Positions 28,739 through 39,483 of a stretch of 48,281 bases of DNA are shown piece after piece. Source of the DNA: Candidatus Zixiibacteriota bacterium (lineage in GTDB: Bacteria; Zixibacteria; MSB-5A5; JAABVY01; JAHJOQ01); assembly GCA_020053015.1 (NCBI GenBank), contig JAGVNY010000140.1, positions 1 through 48,281 of the forward strand, written 5' to 3'. The notes below the pieces were generated by a model. That model ran no database searches, was not told the origin of the DNA, and saw only the letters and a list, made by a program, of their open reading frames with translations. The position numbers and the translations under genes were made by a program. The stretch's first letter is position 1. Each line of letters begins with the position of its first letter.

Positions 28739-30267
28739 ACTTTCGAGAGAACAATCTCGTAGACCGATTGTGCCAGCTCTTCTATCTGGCTCTTGATTTG
28801 ATCGGCCTCCGCTACGATCCTGCTTCTGACCGCCTCGTCCTCGATGCCCGGCAGGTTGATTCTGACGTTGAGATAAGCGCCCAGCGCGCCGGATCGGCAA
28901 TTCAGCGCTGCGCATCCCGCGTCAGAAACTGAGTTCACGTTGCCTTTCTCTGCGGCTACTTTTGCGACTTTGAGAACTTCCGCGCACGTCTTCATAACTT
29001 TGAGAGGGACTTCTGCCGCCACAATCGTAGCCCTTTGAATTGCCTCTGCCCTGCTCGCCACCTGCTTCTCATTGTCCTTCGGAAGCTTGCGGGCGGCCAT
29101 CACGGCATCGAAGGCTTTTGCGTCTTCGTCGATCAGACCGAAAAGCTGCCGTTTGAGAGAATCGGCTATCTTCATTGTATCGGAGATTTCATCCTGCACA
29201 TCAGCGTATTTCTTCTTCCCGAGAGTCAGCCTGCAAACCATCCCGGTAAGGGCTGCCGCCAGCGTGCCCGCGCAGGCCGAGACGGAGCCGCCTCCGGGGG
29301 CAGGCGATGATGACGCTACGGATTCCACAAAATCGAGGAGGCCCCGACTCGTCGACTGGGTCTCCAGAGACTTCCGCAGCTTCTCCTCGAGAATCTGGTC
29401 CTTAGAGAAGTTCTCGAGCCTGAGATAGAACTCGGCCACATCGATCAGCGCGGCGTTCGGAACAAGGCCGACGATCTCAGACGATGTCGCACGCGCTCCC
29501 CATCGCTCGGCCTCCGATTTGACAGTCTCGAAAACACGGAATATGGGCGTCTTGGGATGATTCACCAGGTTCATCGAGACCTGCGCCTGATTCCGCTCTT
29601 TGATTTCGAATCCGAGCGCTTTGCAGAACATGTATCCGCCGGATCGAGATCTGATGCCGTTGGCGATCCGCTTTGCGACGTTCACGTTTGGCGTGTCGAG
29701 GTAAACGTTGTAAGCCACCAGAGGCAGTCTGACCCCTATCGCAGTGGCCCCTCCCCTCACGTGCATTTTGGATGGACCGAAGTCCGGCTTTCTCGCCGGA
29801 TTCGTCTCAATGTCATCCCGAATGCCTTCGTACTCCCCTGCTCGAACATCTGCCAAATTCGTTCTTTCTGGACGTGTCGCAGCCAGTTCATATAGATATA
29901 CAGGAATTTCAAGCTCTCGACCGACACGCTCTCCGAGCTGGCGAGCGAGCTCAATGCACTCCTCGGTCGTGACACCGGAGATCGGGACGAAAGGGCAGAC
30001 GTCGGTAGCGCCCATACGCGGGTGCTCACCCTTGTGCGTCGATATGTCGAGCGCTTCTGAAGCTGTCTTTATTGCGCGAAATGCGGCCTCCAAAGTTGCC
30101 TGCGGTTCCCCCACGTAGGTAACGACCGCCCTGTTGTGATCCGCATCCATCTCTCGGTCGAGAAGTACGACACCCTGCACTGATAGTATTGCGTTGATTA
30201 TCTGATCGAGTACCTCTGGTCGGCGTCCCTCCGAGAAATTCGGGATTACTTCCACTAACTTGGCCAT
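28735..30267 (-). CDS. ftcD: Glutamate formimidoyltransferase-cyclodeaminase fusion
   Basis: VIPNFSEGR, DADHNRAV, GEHPRMGATDVCPF, QVSMNL, then cyclodeaminase APGGGS...NVNSVSDAG...NVRINL; start at ATG 30267. Confidence 0.93.
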   Translation of the reverse strand: MAKLVEVIPNFSEGRRPEVLDQIINAILSVQGVVLLDREMDADHNRAVVTYVGEPQATLEAAFRAIKTASEALDISTHKGEHPRMGATDVCPFVPISGVTTEECIELARQLGERVGRELEIPVYLYELAATRPERTNLADVRAGEYEGIRDDIETNPARKPDFGPSKMHVRGGATAIGVRLPLVAYNVYLDTPNVNVAKRIANGIRSRSGGYMFCKALGFEIKERNQAQVSMNLVNHPKTPIFRVFETVKSEAERWGARATSSEIVGLVPNAALIDVAEFYLRLENFSKDQILEEKLRKSLETQSTSRGLLDFVESVASSSPAPGGGSVSACAGTLAAALTGMVCRLTLGKKKYADVQDEISDTMKIADSLKRQLFGLIDEDAKAFDAVMAARKLPKDNEKQVASRAEAIQRATIVAAEVPLKVMKTCAEVLKVAKVAAEKGNVNSVSDAGCAALNCRSGALGAYLNVRINLPGIEDEAVRSRIVAEADQIKSQIEELAQSVYEIVLSKV

Positions 30268-30385
30268 TGTTCGATTCCTGTTCTCTTGTTGCTCTTGCGT
30301 CGCGGTAAGGGTTGTGAATGCTCTCCGTGACGACACATCTAAAGCCGCGATCACAATCCAGTTGTGGCCACCGGCTGAATTTGCT

Positions 30386-30414
30386 AATATACCTGAGTGT
30401 CAACATTCTGTCAA
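30386..30414 (-). promoter_or_regulatory. sigma70 promoter for the ftcD gene string
   Basis: Minus strand TTGACA-N17-TATATT. Confidence 0.6.
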
Positions 30415-31320
30415 AACTCAAAATTCCAAGATCACCCCATTCTAAGCTCTAAATTACGAGTCTGCTTGGTCACCGCCATCGGGGCTTTGGTAGCGTCAGC
30501 TGTCCTCGCTTGGCCAGCTAAGGCCCGACCGCCTTTGGAAATCACATATGTCGCAAATGCGGGATTCCTAATAGAGTGCGATACGACCAAAATCCTGATT
30601 GATGCGCTCTTTGGCGGCTGGGAATCGAACTGGTACCAAGTTCCATCAGATAGTCTGATCAGCCTGATGAAGTCTGCTCAGCCCCCCTTTGACAACGTAG
30701 ACCTGGTGCTGGTGACGCACAATCATGTGGATCATTTCGACCCAGGGATAACCGCCGACCATCTCGCAAACAGCGGTGGCGCTACACTCGTATGCACGGA
30801 GCAGACCGAAGAGCTGCTTGCCGTCTCATGTGAGTACTCTGCAATTGAGGGGCGGATTATGGCAGTATCCGCTTTGCCTGATTCGGCAGTGATTCTGCGA
30901 ATGCAGGGAGTTGAGCTTCGAGTTCTATCCACGCACCACACGCCTTCTATTGAAAGGGACACTCTAACAGGCGAGACGGTCGACCGAAATCGAGGTTTGC
31001 AGCATCTGGAGTTCGTAATAGGAATGAATGGCTACAGACTTTTCCACTGCGGGGACGGCGACCTGAGCAAGGAAGCCAAGTACGTCGCTTTCGGGTTCGG
31101 CAAGGACTCCGTCGATGTTGCATTCCTGCAAGCTTGGAATGCCGGGGAACAACTCAGCTATCGTCAGCTTCTGGTCCGGGACGTGATCAAACCCGTTCAG
31201 ATAATACTCATGCACCGCCACCCTGACCGACCCCTGAGGGGCGATCCGGAGAAGCAACGAGGGATCGCCAGGGAGATCACTGTACCGCGCAGATCAATGG
31301 AAGCGTGGATTGTCAATTAA
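30397..31320 (+). CDS. Exported MBL-fold metallo-hydrolase
   Basis: YVANAGFLI, ILIDALF, THNHVDH, FHCGD and LMH motifs; signal-like segment. The real start is probably downstream of 30397. Confidence 0.8.
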   Translation: MSTFCQNSKFQDHPILSSKLRVCLVTAIGALVASAVLAWPAKARPPLEITYVANAGFLIECDTTKILIDALFGGWESNWYQVPSDSLISLMKSAQPPFDNVDLVLVTHNHVDHFDPGITADHLANSGGATLVCTEQTEELLAVSCEYSAIEGRIMAVSALPDSAVILRMQGVELRVLSTHHTPSIERDTLTGETVDRNRGLQHLEFVIGMNGYRLFHCGDGDLSKEAKYVAFGFGKDSVDVAFLQAWNAGEQLSYRQLLVRDVIKPVQIILMHRHPDRPLRGDPEKQRGIAREITVPRRSMEAWIVN

Positions 31321-31414
31321 CTCATGTCACGGCCGAGATTCGAAAACGAGCTGCGGGACTGTCAGCGTGCCGTAATCTCATCTGCGATGTCCCCCTCTGC
31401 GGATGGACAGAGGG

Positions 31415-31798
31415 CTAATGCCGTTTCGTGACTTTCCTTACCAGTTCCGAGCCGTGCGACAGCTTCATCCAGTTCTCTTCCGACGTAATCCGCAGGATAA
31501 TAACAACCGCAACGAGGCTGTAGATCCCACCGAGAACAAGAGATATGATGCCGATTGTCCGCAAATCCCATCCGGAAACGATGAAGACACCTACATGGAG
31601 CGCCACAAAGCCGACGAGAAGCAGCAACATCACCAGAAACAGTGCCATCACGGCAACAACCGACTTGCGGACAGCGTCGACAATCCGCAGGTACATAGAG
31701 ACGGCTTTGATTTCCGCTATGTCGACCGCGGAACGGAGGCTCCGCGAGATCAAACCCACGGCAACCGACCTGAACAGCGTATTGAGTAAGTCAAGCAA
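31415..31798 (-). CDS. Small two-TM membrane protein (YqjE/phage-holin-3-like), partner of the DUF883 gene
   Basis: Two long hydrophobic helices; begins directly after the DUF883 stop. Confidence 0.6.
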   Translation of the reverse strand: MLDLLNTLFRSVAVGLISRSLRSAVDIAEIKAVSMYLRIVDAVRKSVVAVMALFLVMLLLLVGFVALHVGVFIVSGWDLRTIGIISLVLGGIYSLVAVVIILRITSEENWMKLSHGSELVRKVTKRH

Positions 31799-32149
31799 CT
31801 ATGAGCTCTTTCTTCCAAGAATGAAACCAAGCAACAATCCGCCGACGGCGGCCACTCCAATATAGGGCCACGGATTGCGGTGCACCTCTTTGTTTACGGC
31901 GGTGCCGACTTCCTTGGCTTTCTCTATGGCCGCTTCCTGGGCGTGGTGCGCCCGCTCGGAAGCATACGCTTTCGCCTTCTTCAATGCGTCCGAAAGATGC
32001 TCGCCCTCGCCGGCCAAGATCTCTTGGACGTTGCCGTATTTCTTCGCTATCATCTCGCGGATTTCATCCTTCTTGTCCTTTGCTGCCTCCTCAAGAAGCT
32101 GCAATGCTTCGCTGATCTTCTCCGAACTGTGTCGCGCATGCTCAGACAT
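31799..32149 (-). CDS. DUF883 / ElaB-YqjD family tail-anchored protein
   Basis: Helical charged body and C-terminal VHRNPWPYIGVAAVGGLLLGFILGRK; AAGGAGG RBS before ATG 32149. Confidence 0.85.
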   Translation of the reverse strand: MSEHARHSSEKISEALQLLEEAAKDKKDEIREMIAKKYGNVQEILAGEGEHLSDALKKAKAYASERAHHAQEAAIEKAKEVGTAVNKEVHRNPWPYIGVAAVGGLLLGFILGRKSS

Positions 32150-32319
32150 AATGTCCTCCTTGAATATTCGAATATCCGAGAATTCGTCTCCATTCTTCAC
32201 CGGGCATATCCGTGATCCGAGTCTTGCTCCCTTCTGGTATGATTATTCGTCAGAATCCACCGCTTTATTTATTCCTCTCAAGGATAGATTGCAATAATCG
32301 CGAACGTGGTCACCGCAAG

Positions 32320-33276
32320 TCACACTCCTCCTGCACGCTCCTTGATCGCTGCCAGGAGCAGCGGTATCATTATCTCGTGATGACCCGCGAAGTTGAATCC
32401 CTCCGCGCCGAGAGCTTTTGGACGATTCACTACATTCATGCTCGGTCGATAGTGATTGATCATGTCGAAGTTCGCAGTCGTGAATCCAGACAAGCTCGCA
32501 TCAAGATTCTTGGCGACCGAAAGAGCTTTGAGAAACACTTCCGGCATCGTCACCGCAGATCCTATGTTAATGATAACGCCACCGTCCTTGATCCTCGACA
32601 CCGAATGACAAAACACTTGAAAGTCGATATGCGAGGCCTTACCGACCTTCGCGCCGTCATACTCGGGGTGTTGGCATACGATGTCGGTGCCGATTGCAGC
32701 ATGTACCGTGTATGGACTTCCCGCCGCGTACCATCCGTAGGCTATCGAATGGGACGCGAACTGGGGCGCTTCGCGCTCTATGAACAAGCCCGCTGCCTCT
32801 CCGAGGCCGACGTTCTTCGAATCGGATATCGCGAGTACTTCTGCGAATAGCTTCGCTGTCTCTGTCACCATTCCGAAACTGCCGTCTTTGAGATTCTCCT
32901 GGACGTCCTCAGACGTTGAACCAAAGAACGCGACTTCGAGGTCATGTATCAGTCCGGCGCCGTTTGTAGCAAAGTGCATATTGGAATAGCTGCTCAGGAA
33001 GTCGATGAAAAGCGGCGATAAGCCGACTTTGAGAGTGTGAGCGCCGCTCATCAGAATGATCGGTTTGTCAGTCCTGATTGAATTCACGCAGCGCGATACG
33101 ACCACACGAAAGTCATCCGCCTTCAGGAAGTTGGGCAAGCTGTCCACGAATTCTGACACGCGATTGCCATCGGATGGCCAAGCCTTGCCAAAACGGTATA
33201 CGTCGACCTTGTTCGCCCGATCTCTAATAGAGAATCGCTTCACTTTGGTTAGATCTGCTCTTTTGAACTTTGACAC
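32320..33276 (-). CDS. Conserved hypothetical protein (possibly deoxyhypusine-synthase-like fold)
   Basis: Conserved-looking motifs GAHTLKVGL, ATNGAGLIHD, TSEDV, VHAAIGTDI, NIGSAVTMPEVFLKAL, GHHEIMIPLL; start reset to GTG 33276. Confidence 0.65.
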   Translation of the reverse strand: MSKFKRADLTKVKRFSIRDRANKVDVYRFGKAWPSDGNRVSEFVDSLPNFLKADDFRVVVSRCVNSIRTDKPIILMSGAHTLKVGLSPLFIDFLSSYSNMHFATNGAGLIHDLEVAFFGSTSEDVQENLKDGSFGMVTETAKLFAEVLAISDSKNVGLGEAAGLFIEREAPQFASHSIAYGWYAAGSPYTVHAAIGTDIVCQHPEYDGAKVGKASHIDFQVFCHSVSRIKDGGVIINIGSAVTMPEVFLKALSVAKNLDASLSGFTTANFDMINHYRPSMNVVNRPKALGAEGFNFAGHHEIMIPLLLAAIKERAGGV

Positions 33277-33472
33277 ATCGAATTCTATCGAACGGGGCTC
33301 GATTCCGCAAGAAGAATCGAAATGGTCTCTGTTGGTGGTTATCCGCTTGATCCAGGATTCGAAGGTGTGCCGTCTCTCGTTTCCCGCTTTTCTTGAAATG
33401 ACCTTGCGCCAGTAACAATGTTTTCGTAGATTTCTCGAAATTTGGCAGAAGCAGTCAACCCAAGGAGGAAGA

Positions 33473-34618
33473 ATGCCATTCAATGTTAGACCGGAGATTC
33501 AGCAGCCCGTTAGGGATATGATAAAGGAGATCGGCCCACAGATACAGGAGATGGGTCGCAGTGAGGACCGCAAGCCTGACTCATTCTCGTTTGACATCTT
33601 CAGGTTGCTTGCCGCAAAAGGCTGTGTGGGCTACGTTATGCCCAAGGAATACGGCGGCGGAGGTCGAACCGCCCTTGAGTATGCGACGATGATTGAAGAA
33701 ATCGCATACTGGGATGCTCCTTCCTCGCTGCTGGCTGCTGTTTCTCAGTTGGCAGTTGACCCGATAACAAGAGTTGGCACCGACGAGCAGAAGAAGGCGA
33801 TCATTCCCAAGTCCGCCAAAGGCGAGTTGATTCCTGCATTTGCTCTCACGGAACCCAATGCCGGCTCGGATGCCGCGAATCAGCAGACCACCGCAGAGGT
33901 CGACGGCGACAATTATGTCATCAACGGCGAGAAGATCTTCATCATGCACGGTGACGTCGCTCACGTGGGCGTTGTGTTCGTGAAGATTCAGGAAGAGGGC
34001 GTCCGCGACAAGATATCATCGGTACTTGTGGACTTGAATCTCCCGGGTGTCAAAAAAGCCACCCTGATGCACAAGATGGGGATGAAGTACGCTACTACCG
34101 GGCGGCTCTGGTTCGACAAGGTCAGGGTGCCGAAGAAGAACCTTCTCGGTGAACCCGGCAAAGGCTTCAAATACGCCATGCAAACGCTTGACGGAGCCAG
34201 AATCGGGATAGCAGCTCAAGCGACCGGAATCTCGCAACGCGCTCTTGATGAGTCGGTCAAGTATTCCAAGGAGCGCATTGCGTTCGGGTCGCCCATTGCG
34301 AAGCTACAGGCCATTCAATGGATGATCGCGGACATGTCGACCAAACTCGAAGCCTCGCGGCTTCTTACCTACAAGGCTGCAGCATTGCAGGATGCAGGCG
34401 AGAAGTTCACGGTTGAAGCCTCACAAGCGAAGCTGTTCGCATCCGAGGCAGCGAATTTCTGCGTGGACAGAGCGATGCAGATACACTCCGGCTATGGCTA
34501 CATCGGCGAGTTCTCTCCAATCGAGAAGCTGTATCGCGATCAGCGCGTCGCCGAAATATACGAAGGTACTTCGGAAGTACAGCGGCTCGTTATCGCGGGC
34601 AACGTGCTAAGAGGATAG
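33473..34618 (+). CDS. Acyl-CoA dehydrogenase (short/branched-chain type)
   Basis: FALTEPNAGSD, NGEKIFI, LDGARIGIAAQ, IYEGTSEVQR; AGGAGG RBS. Confidence 0.95.
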   Translation: MPFNVRPEIQQPVRDMIKEIGPQIQEMGRSEDRKPDSFSFDIFRLLAAKGCVGYVMPKEYGGGGRTALEYATMIEEIAYWDAPSSLLAAVSQLAVDPITRVGTDEQKKAIIPKSAKGELIPAFALTEPNAGSDAANQQTTAEVDGDNYVINGEKIFIMHGDVAHVGVVFVKIQEEGVRDKISSVLVDLNLPGVKKATLMHKMGMKYATTGRLWFDKVRVPKKNLLGEPGKGFKYAMQTLDGARIGIAAQATGISQRALDESVKYSKERIAFGSPIAKLQAIQWMIADMSTKLEASRLLTYKAAALQDAGEKFTVEASQAKLFASEAANFCVDRAMQIHSGYGYIGEFSPIEKLYRDQRVAEIYEGTSEVQRLVIAGNVLRG

Positions 34619-34660
34619 AGGAGCAGTCGACCGCTGAACGCTATAGCACTTACGATTTAA

Positions 34661-34705
34661 GCAGGTCGGGTTTCGAAGCGCAAAACGGGCACTGAGGAAC
34701 CCGAC
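34661..34705 (+). repeat. Degenerate GTAG-type REP-like palindrome
   Basis: GCAG-GTCGGGTTTC...GAACCCGAC in an intergenic space, same layout as the elements at 44262-44371. Confidence 0.5.
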
Positions 34706-34775
34706 TTACTTGTTTCCGAGAGATTCGGTGCCCAGCCTCTTGCGGCGGGATTCGATCGAATAGTCGCGGGATCGA

Positions 34776-35636
34776 ATGATGACCAGACTGATGCTTGCAG
34801 ATGCCGAGCTCATCTCCTTCGTCGAGAACCGCTGTTATCTCGACGGTGGCTCGATGTACGGCGTTATTCCCAAGATAATGTGGGAACAGCACGCGTCCGC
34901 TGACGCTGAGAACCGCATTCCGCTCGACACGAATGTTGTTCTGATTCGGGTCAATGGCAGAATTGCGCTTGTTGACTGCGGACTCGGCGACGGAACAACG
35001 AAGCGGGAGCGCAAGATCTACGGTTGTGAAACACCCTCACGATTGGAGGATGCCCTTGCACAGCTCGGAATCGATCGTCAGAGGGTCGACTTCGTGATTG
35101 CGACTCATCTGCATCTTGATCATATAGGTGGAGCGTTAGGAATCACCGCAGACGGCGCATTCAAACCCCGCTTCCCGAATGCTCGCCACGTATTCAGAAA
35201 GACAGAGTGGATAGCGGCGTTGAACCCGGACGATCGATCCTTGGCATCGTATCCGTCGGATCGCCTGCTGCAGCTCGAGCAGACAGGCTTGGTCGATCTG
35301 ATCGAAGATGACCGTGAGGTATTTCCGGGTGTCAGAGTCGAACTGACTGGCGGCCACACGGCCGGTCATCAGGCGGTGTTCGTGTCTGTCGGTGATGCAA
35401 CCGTCGCGATTCCCGGCGACATCATCCCGACTTCCGGGCACCTGCGACCGACGTACATCGCCGCTTCTGACCTCTTTCCCCTTGACACGCTCGAGTACAA
35501 GAAGCGATTATTGAACCGAATCGTTGGCGGCGGATGGATCGTCGCGTTTGATCATGATACTCAGGTGAAGTTCGCCCGCATCAGGCTCGACGGTGGTAGA
35601 TACTCAGCAACAACGGTGGGCGAGCTTGTTGTCTGA
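34776..35636 (+). CDS. MBL-fold metallo-hydrolase (YtnP-like)
   Basis: LDGGSMYGVIPK, VDCGLG, THLHLDHIGG, GHTAGHQ, GDIIP and FDHD. Confidence 0.9.
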   Translation: MMTRLMLADAELISFVENRCYLDGGSMYGVIPKIMWEQHASADAENRIPLDTNVVLIRVNGRIALVDCGLGDGTTKRERKIYGCETPSRLEDALAQLGIDRQRVDFVIATHLHLDHIGGALGITADGAFKPRFPNARHVFRKTEWIAALNPDDRSLASYPSDRLLQLEQTGLVDLIEDDREVFPGVRVELTGGHTAGHQAVFVSVGDATVAIPGDIIPTSGHLRPTYIAASDLFPLDTLEYKKRLLNRIVGGGWIVAFDHDTQVKFARIRLDGGRYSATTVGELVV

Positions 35637-35743
35637 GCATGTATCGCAGCAGGTTAATACGATTTCCGTTGGTACTTGGATCAGGATGGCGACAGGAATC
35701 CCATTCTTATTGAATATTGACGGTCAATTCACGGTAGGTAGAT

Positions 35744-37294
35744 ATGTCTATTGAACAGAAACTGGAGCTCCTTCGCAAGAAGCAGAAAGAGGCTGAACTT
35801 GGCGGTGGACAACAGCGCATCGATGAGCAACACAAGAAGGGCAAGCTGACAGCCCGTGAGCGACTCGATCTGCTTCTCGATAAAGGTTCGTTCGAGGAGT
35901 TCGATATGTTCGTCACACACCGCTCCAAGGATTTCGGGTTAGAGAAGCAGAAGTACTTTGGAGATGGAGTAGTGACCGGATGCGGGCTGATTAACGGCAG
36001 AATGACATTCGTGTTCTCCCAGGACTTCACGGTCTTCGGAGGATCACTCTCTAAGGCACACGCCGAGAAGATCTGCAAGATAATGGACATGGCAGTGAGA
36101 GTCGGCGCTCCGGTTGTCGGTCTGAATGATTCCGGCGGCGCTCGAATTCAGGAGGGTGTGGTATCGCTCGGGGGCTACGCGGACATCTTCCTCAAGAACA
36201 CGCTTGCGTCAGGCGTGATACCGCAGATATCGGTCATTCTCGGTCCCTGCGCTGGTGGTGCAGTCTACTCGCCCGCCATCACTGATTTTGTTCTGATGAC
36301 GAAAGGCACTTCGTATATGTTCGTCACTGGTCCCAACGTCGTCAAGACAGTTACTCATGAGGAGGTAACTTACGAAGAGCTCGGCGGCGCGATGACGCAC
36401 GCCACTAAATCCGGGGTAGCGCACTTCGTGGGCGGCAATGAAACTGAGACGATCCTCCTCACGCGAAAGCTCCTCAGCTTCATCCCGCAGAACAACGTTG
36501 ACGATCCCCCCTTTAAGGAGACTTCGGATCCTCACGATCGGCAGGACGCGCAATTGAATCACATCGTGCCGGACAATCCCAATAAGCCTTACGACATTAA
36601 AGACGTTATAACTCGAATCGTCGACGAAGGCGATTTCCTCGAGGTCATGCCTGACTGGGCACAGAACATAGTCATCGGTTTCGCCCGGCTCGGCGGAAGA
36701 TCGGTCGGCATAATCGCAAATCAGCCTGCGATTCTCGCAGGGGTGCTCGACATCGATTCTTCCGACAAGGGCGCTCGTTTCATCAGATTCTGCGACGCGT
36801 TCAACATACCGATCATAACGTTTGAAGATGTCCCCGGCTTTCTGCCCGGTACCGTCCAGGAATTCGGCGGTATTATCAGGCACGGCGCCAAACTTCTCTA
36901 TGCATATTGCGAAGCGACGGTGCCGAAGATCACAGTGATTACGCGCAAGGCTTATGGCGGCGCATACGACGTCATGAACTCCAAGCACGTTCGCGGCGAC
37001 ATGAATTATGCCTGGCCGACCGCAGAGATAGCGGTGATGGGCCCGAAAGGCGCTGTCGAGATCATATTCAAGAAGGAACTCGCGCAGGCTGAAGACCCTG
37101 AGAAGGCGACCGAGCAGAAGATCGAAGAATTCCGGGAGATGTTCGCCAATCCGTATATCGCGGCCGAGCGCGGCTATCTCGATGACGTCATCGAGCCGAA
37201 GTCAACCCGCCCGCGTTTGATCCGAGCGCTCAACATGCTCGAAACGAAGCGTGACACTAATCCTCCCAAGAAGCACGGGAATATTCCGCTGTAA
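35744..37294 (+). CDS. pccB: Acyl-CoA carboxylase carboxyltransferase subunit (propionyl-CoA carboxylase beta / methylmalonyl-CoA decarboxylase alpha)
   Basis: [54 protein letters not shown]. Confidence 0.9.
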   Translation: MSIEQKLELLRKKQKEAELGGGQQRIDEQHKKGKLTARERLDLLLDKGSFEEFDMFVTHRSKDFGLEKQKYFGDGVVTGCGLINGRMTFVFSQDFTVFGGSLSKAHAEKICKIMDMAVRVGAPVVGLNDSGGARIQEGVVSLGGYADIFLKNTLASGVIPQISVILGPCAGGAVYSPAITDFVLMTKGTSYMFVTGPNVVKTVTHEEVTYEELGGAMTHATKSGVAHFVGGNETETILLTRKLLSFIPQNNVDDPPFKETSDPHDRQDAQLNHIVPDNPNKPYDIKDVITRIVDEGDFLEVMPDWAQNIVIGFARLGGRSVGIIANQPAILAGVLDIDSSDKGARFIRFCDAFNIPIITFEDVPGFLPGTVQEFGGIIRHGAKLLYAYCEATVPKITVITRKAYGGAYDVMNSKHVRGDMNYAWPTAEIAVMGPKGAVEIIFKKELAQAEDPEKATEQKIEEFREMFANPYIAAERGYLDDVIEPKSTRPRLIRALNMLETKRDTNPPKKHGNIPL

Positions 37295-37364
37295 CATAGA
37301 AACAACTTGCCTCATACGATTCCGTTCTTAGATTGCACATATTAGCACTGACAGGAGTGAGTGT

Positions 37365-38618
37365 GTGGGACGGTTTGCCACTACGCTGTTGATCTTGTTT
37401 CTTCTGTTTTGTGGCTTGGCATTATTGGGATACGATGACGAGAATTGCGCAATCCCGATGCCGCTTGCCGAGTCGAGTGAAATCACCGTCTCTATCGAAC
37501 GAATCCATAATGAGCAGTTTCAGGGTTACGACTTCTTGCTTGATCTGTTCCTATCGAATCCGGATCTGAGTCTTTGCATGAAGTCGTTCGACTTGCGAAT
37601 CCAGTATGATGGAAGAGCTTTGGCGTACCAGAGCGCGAGTCTCTCCGAAACTCTTCGCGATTGCGGCTGGGGATCCCTCAGCGTGACAGCGACCGAATTG
37701 CCTGATTCTACGTCGGCGCTCAGAGTTACCGCACGAGCTGCGGACTCAATCGGCCCTTGCAGGCCAATCTACTTCCTTAACGGCGTATCAGATGTGATTG
37801 CGACGCTAAAGTTCCGCGTTAGTACTGAACGAAGATTCAACTGCACATTCGTGCCCATCCACTTCGCGTGGTTGGACTGTCAAGATAATGTGCTTTCGAG
37901 TCTTTCCAGCGACACAAGCAATCGCGTCTTGGATGTGATGTATTGGATAGGCGATGACAGCGTTGGGCATGTAGTCGGTGCGCCGGGTTATTCCGGTCCG
38001 TCGGACAGTTGTCCCGCCTCCCCTCTCTCTCGCAATAACATCCACTACATGAATGGCGGAGTCAGCATAGTCTGTTCGGACTCGATCGGGAATGATCCCA
38101 TCTATGGAGATCTGGACCTGAATGGACGTGCGTATGAAATCGAGGATGTTATACTGTATACACAGTACTTCATTTACGGGCTAGACATGTTCTGGGATGT
38201 GGATTCGCAGACGGTTGCGTCAGAAGCTAACCTCGACAACGAGTTCCTGACAACGGCTGATGTCGTTTACATGGTGAGGATTCTCACTTGTGATGCTCCA
38301 GTATACTCTCAGTTGCAGCACCACTCGCACACTGCTGTGATTGACCAGCAGGACGGAATCCTGACGATCACATCCGATGTCGAAGTGGGGGCGGTTTCTC
38401 TCGTGTTCTCGGGCGCAGCGGAGCCCGAGCTTCTGTACGACGAGATGTATTTGAAATACGATATTGTGAGCGGCAATCTGGGCGTGCTGATCTGGTCTGA
38501 TGGAAAAAACTGGATTCCGGCAGGCACATATCAGATGCTGCAATTGGGAATTGAGACTAAGTTGAAGGAGGCGCAGGCAGCTACCTACAATGGCGAGATC
38601 ATGAATGTCGAATTCTGA
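37365..38618 (+). CDS. Secreted cohesin-like plus atypical dockerin protein
   Basis: Signal peptide; cohesin-like (SFDLRIQYDGRAL...CGW...LKFRVS...CTFVPIHFAWLDCQDN); GDLDLNGRAYEIEDVILYTQYFIYG...SEANLDNEFLTTADVVYMVRIL; C-terminal beta-rich module. Confidence 0.7.
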   Translation: MGRFATTLLILFLLFCGLALLGYDDENCAIPMPLAESSEITVSIERIHNEQFQGYDFLLDLFLSNPDLSLCMKSFDLRIQYDGRALAYQSASLSETLRDCGWGSLSVTATELPDSTSALRVTARAADSIGPCRPIYFLNGVSDVIATLKFRVSTERRFNCTFVPIHFAWLDCQDNVLSSLSSDTSNRVLDVMYWIGDDSVGHVVGAPGYSGPSDSCPASPLSRNNIHYMNGGVSIVCSDSIGNDPIYGDLDLNGRAYEIEDVILYTQYFIYGLDMFWDVDSQTVASEANLDNEFLTTADVVYMVRILTCDAPVYSQLQHHSHTAVIDQQDGILTITSDVEVGAVSLVFSGAAEPELLYDEMYLKYDIVSGNLGVLIWSDGKNWIPAGTYQMLQLGIETKLKEAQAATYNGEIMNVEF

Positions 38619-39483
38619 CCGCCATCGCCGCTATGTGTTCCGGCGTCGTCCCACAGCACCCACCAATGATTGAAGGTCGTGATTGGAGAAGAGCGGACAC
38701 ATGCCGAGCCATCGTGTCGGGCGTGTTGGGGTAGATCAGCCTCTCCCCTTGCCTGACGGGAATCCCCGCACTCGGTCTGAATAGCAGCGGCATCGGCGTA
38801 AATCTTCGGAATTCAGCGGCGACGCGAACCATCTGTTCTATTCCTCTGCCGCAAGTCGATCCGATGATGTCCGTTCCTGCTGCTTCCAAGCCATGTATGG
38901 CATCCCTGATAGAAACACCCCTGAGTGTTCGGAATCCGTTTGAAGTCTGATCAAACGTCATCATCGCAGCAATTGGAATGCCTGGAGTCACCGACTTCGC
39001 TGCTTCTATTGCGAGACAAGCCTCAGCAAGATCAATCATTGTTTCGATGCAGATCAAATCCACTCCTTCGGCAGAGATCGCTCGAAGCTGTCGCTCAATG
39101 CTGCTGAATATCTCCGCCGGAGTTATGTCTCCCACTGGCTTCAGAGTTCTGCCGCAAGGGCCGACCGAAGCAGAGATGTACGCCCCATTTCCAACAGCAC
39201 GTCGCGCTGCTTTTACAGCAGCTGCATTGATCTCCTCGGTCTTGTCATCAAGCCCGAATTGCGCAAGTCTGAGCGGCGAGGCGCCAAACGTATTAGTCTG
39301 GACTATCTGAGCCCCAGCCTCGAAATATCGCCTTGCTATTTCCTCAGGCAGCTCTGGATGTTCGAGATTTACAATCTCTGGGCAGTCTCCAATCCTGAGA
39401 CCCCGCTCGAAGAGCTGAGTGCCCATGGCGCCGTCTGCCATCAATGTCTCGCCGTCGCGTATGCAGTCCATCAGTTTCTTCAT
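38599..39483 (-). CDS. Homocysteine S-methyltransferase family protein (stand-alone MetH Hcy-binding domain)
   Basis: ADGAMGT, QTNTFGA, ASVGP, IETM, GSTCG and IGGCCGTTPEHI zinc ligands; start probably ATG 39483. Confidence 0.9.
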   Translation of the reverse strand: MKKLMDCIRDGETLMADGAMGTQLFERGLRIGDCPEIVNLEHPELPEEIARRYFEAGAQIVQTNTFGASPLRLAQFGLDDKTEEINAAAVKAARRAVGNGAYISASVGPCGRTLKPVGDITPAEIFSSIERQLRAISAEGVDLICIETMIDLAEACLAIEAAKSVTPGIPIAAMMTFDQTSNGFRTLRGVSIRDAIHGLEAAGTDIIGSTCGRGIEQMVRVAAEFRRFTPMPLLFRPSAGIPVRQGERLIYPNTPDTMARHVSALLQSRPSIIGGCCGTTPEHIAAMAVRIRHS

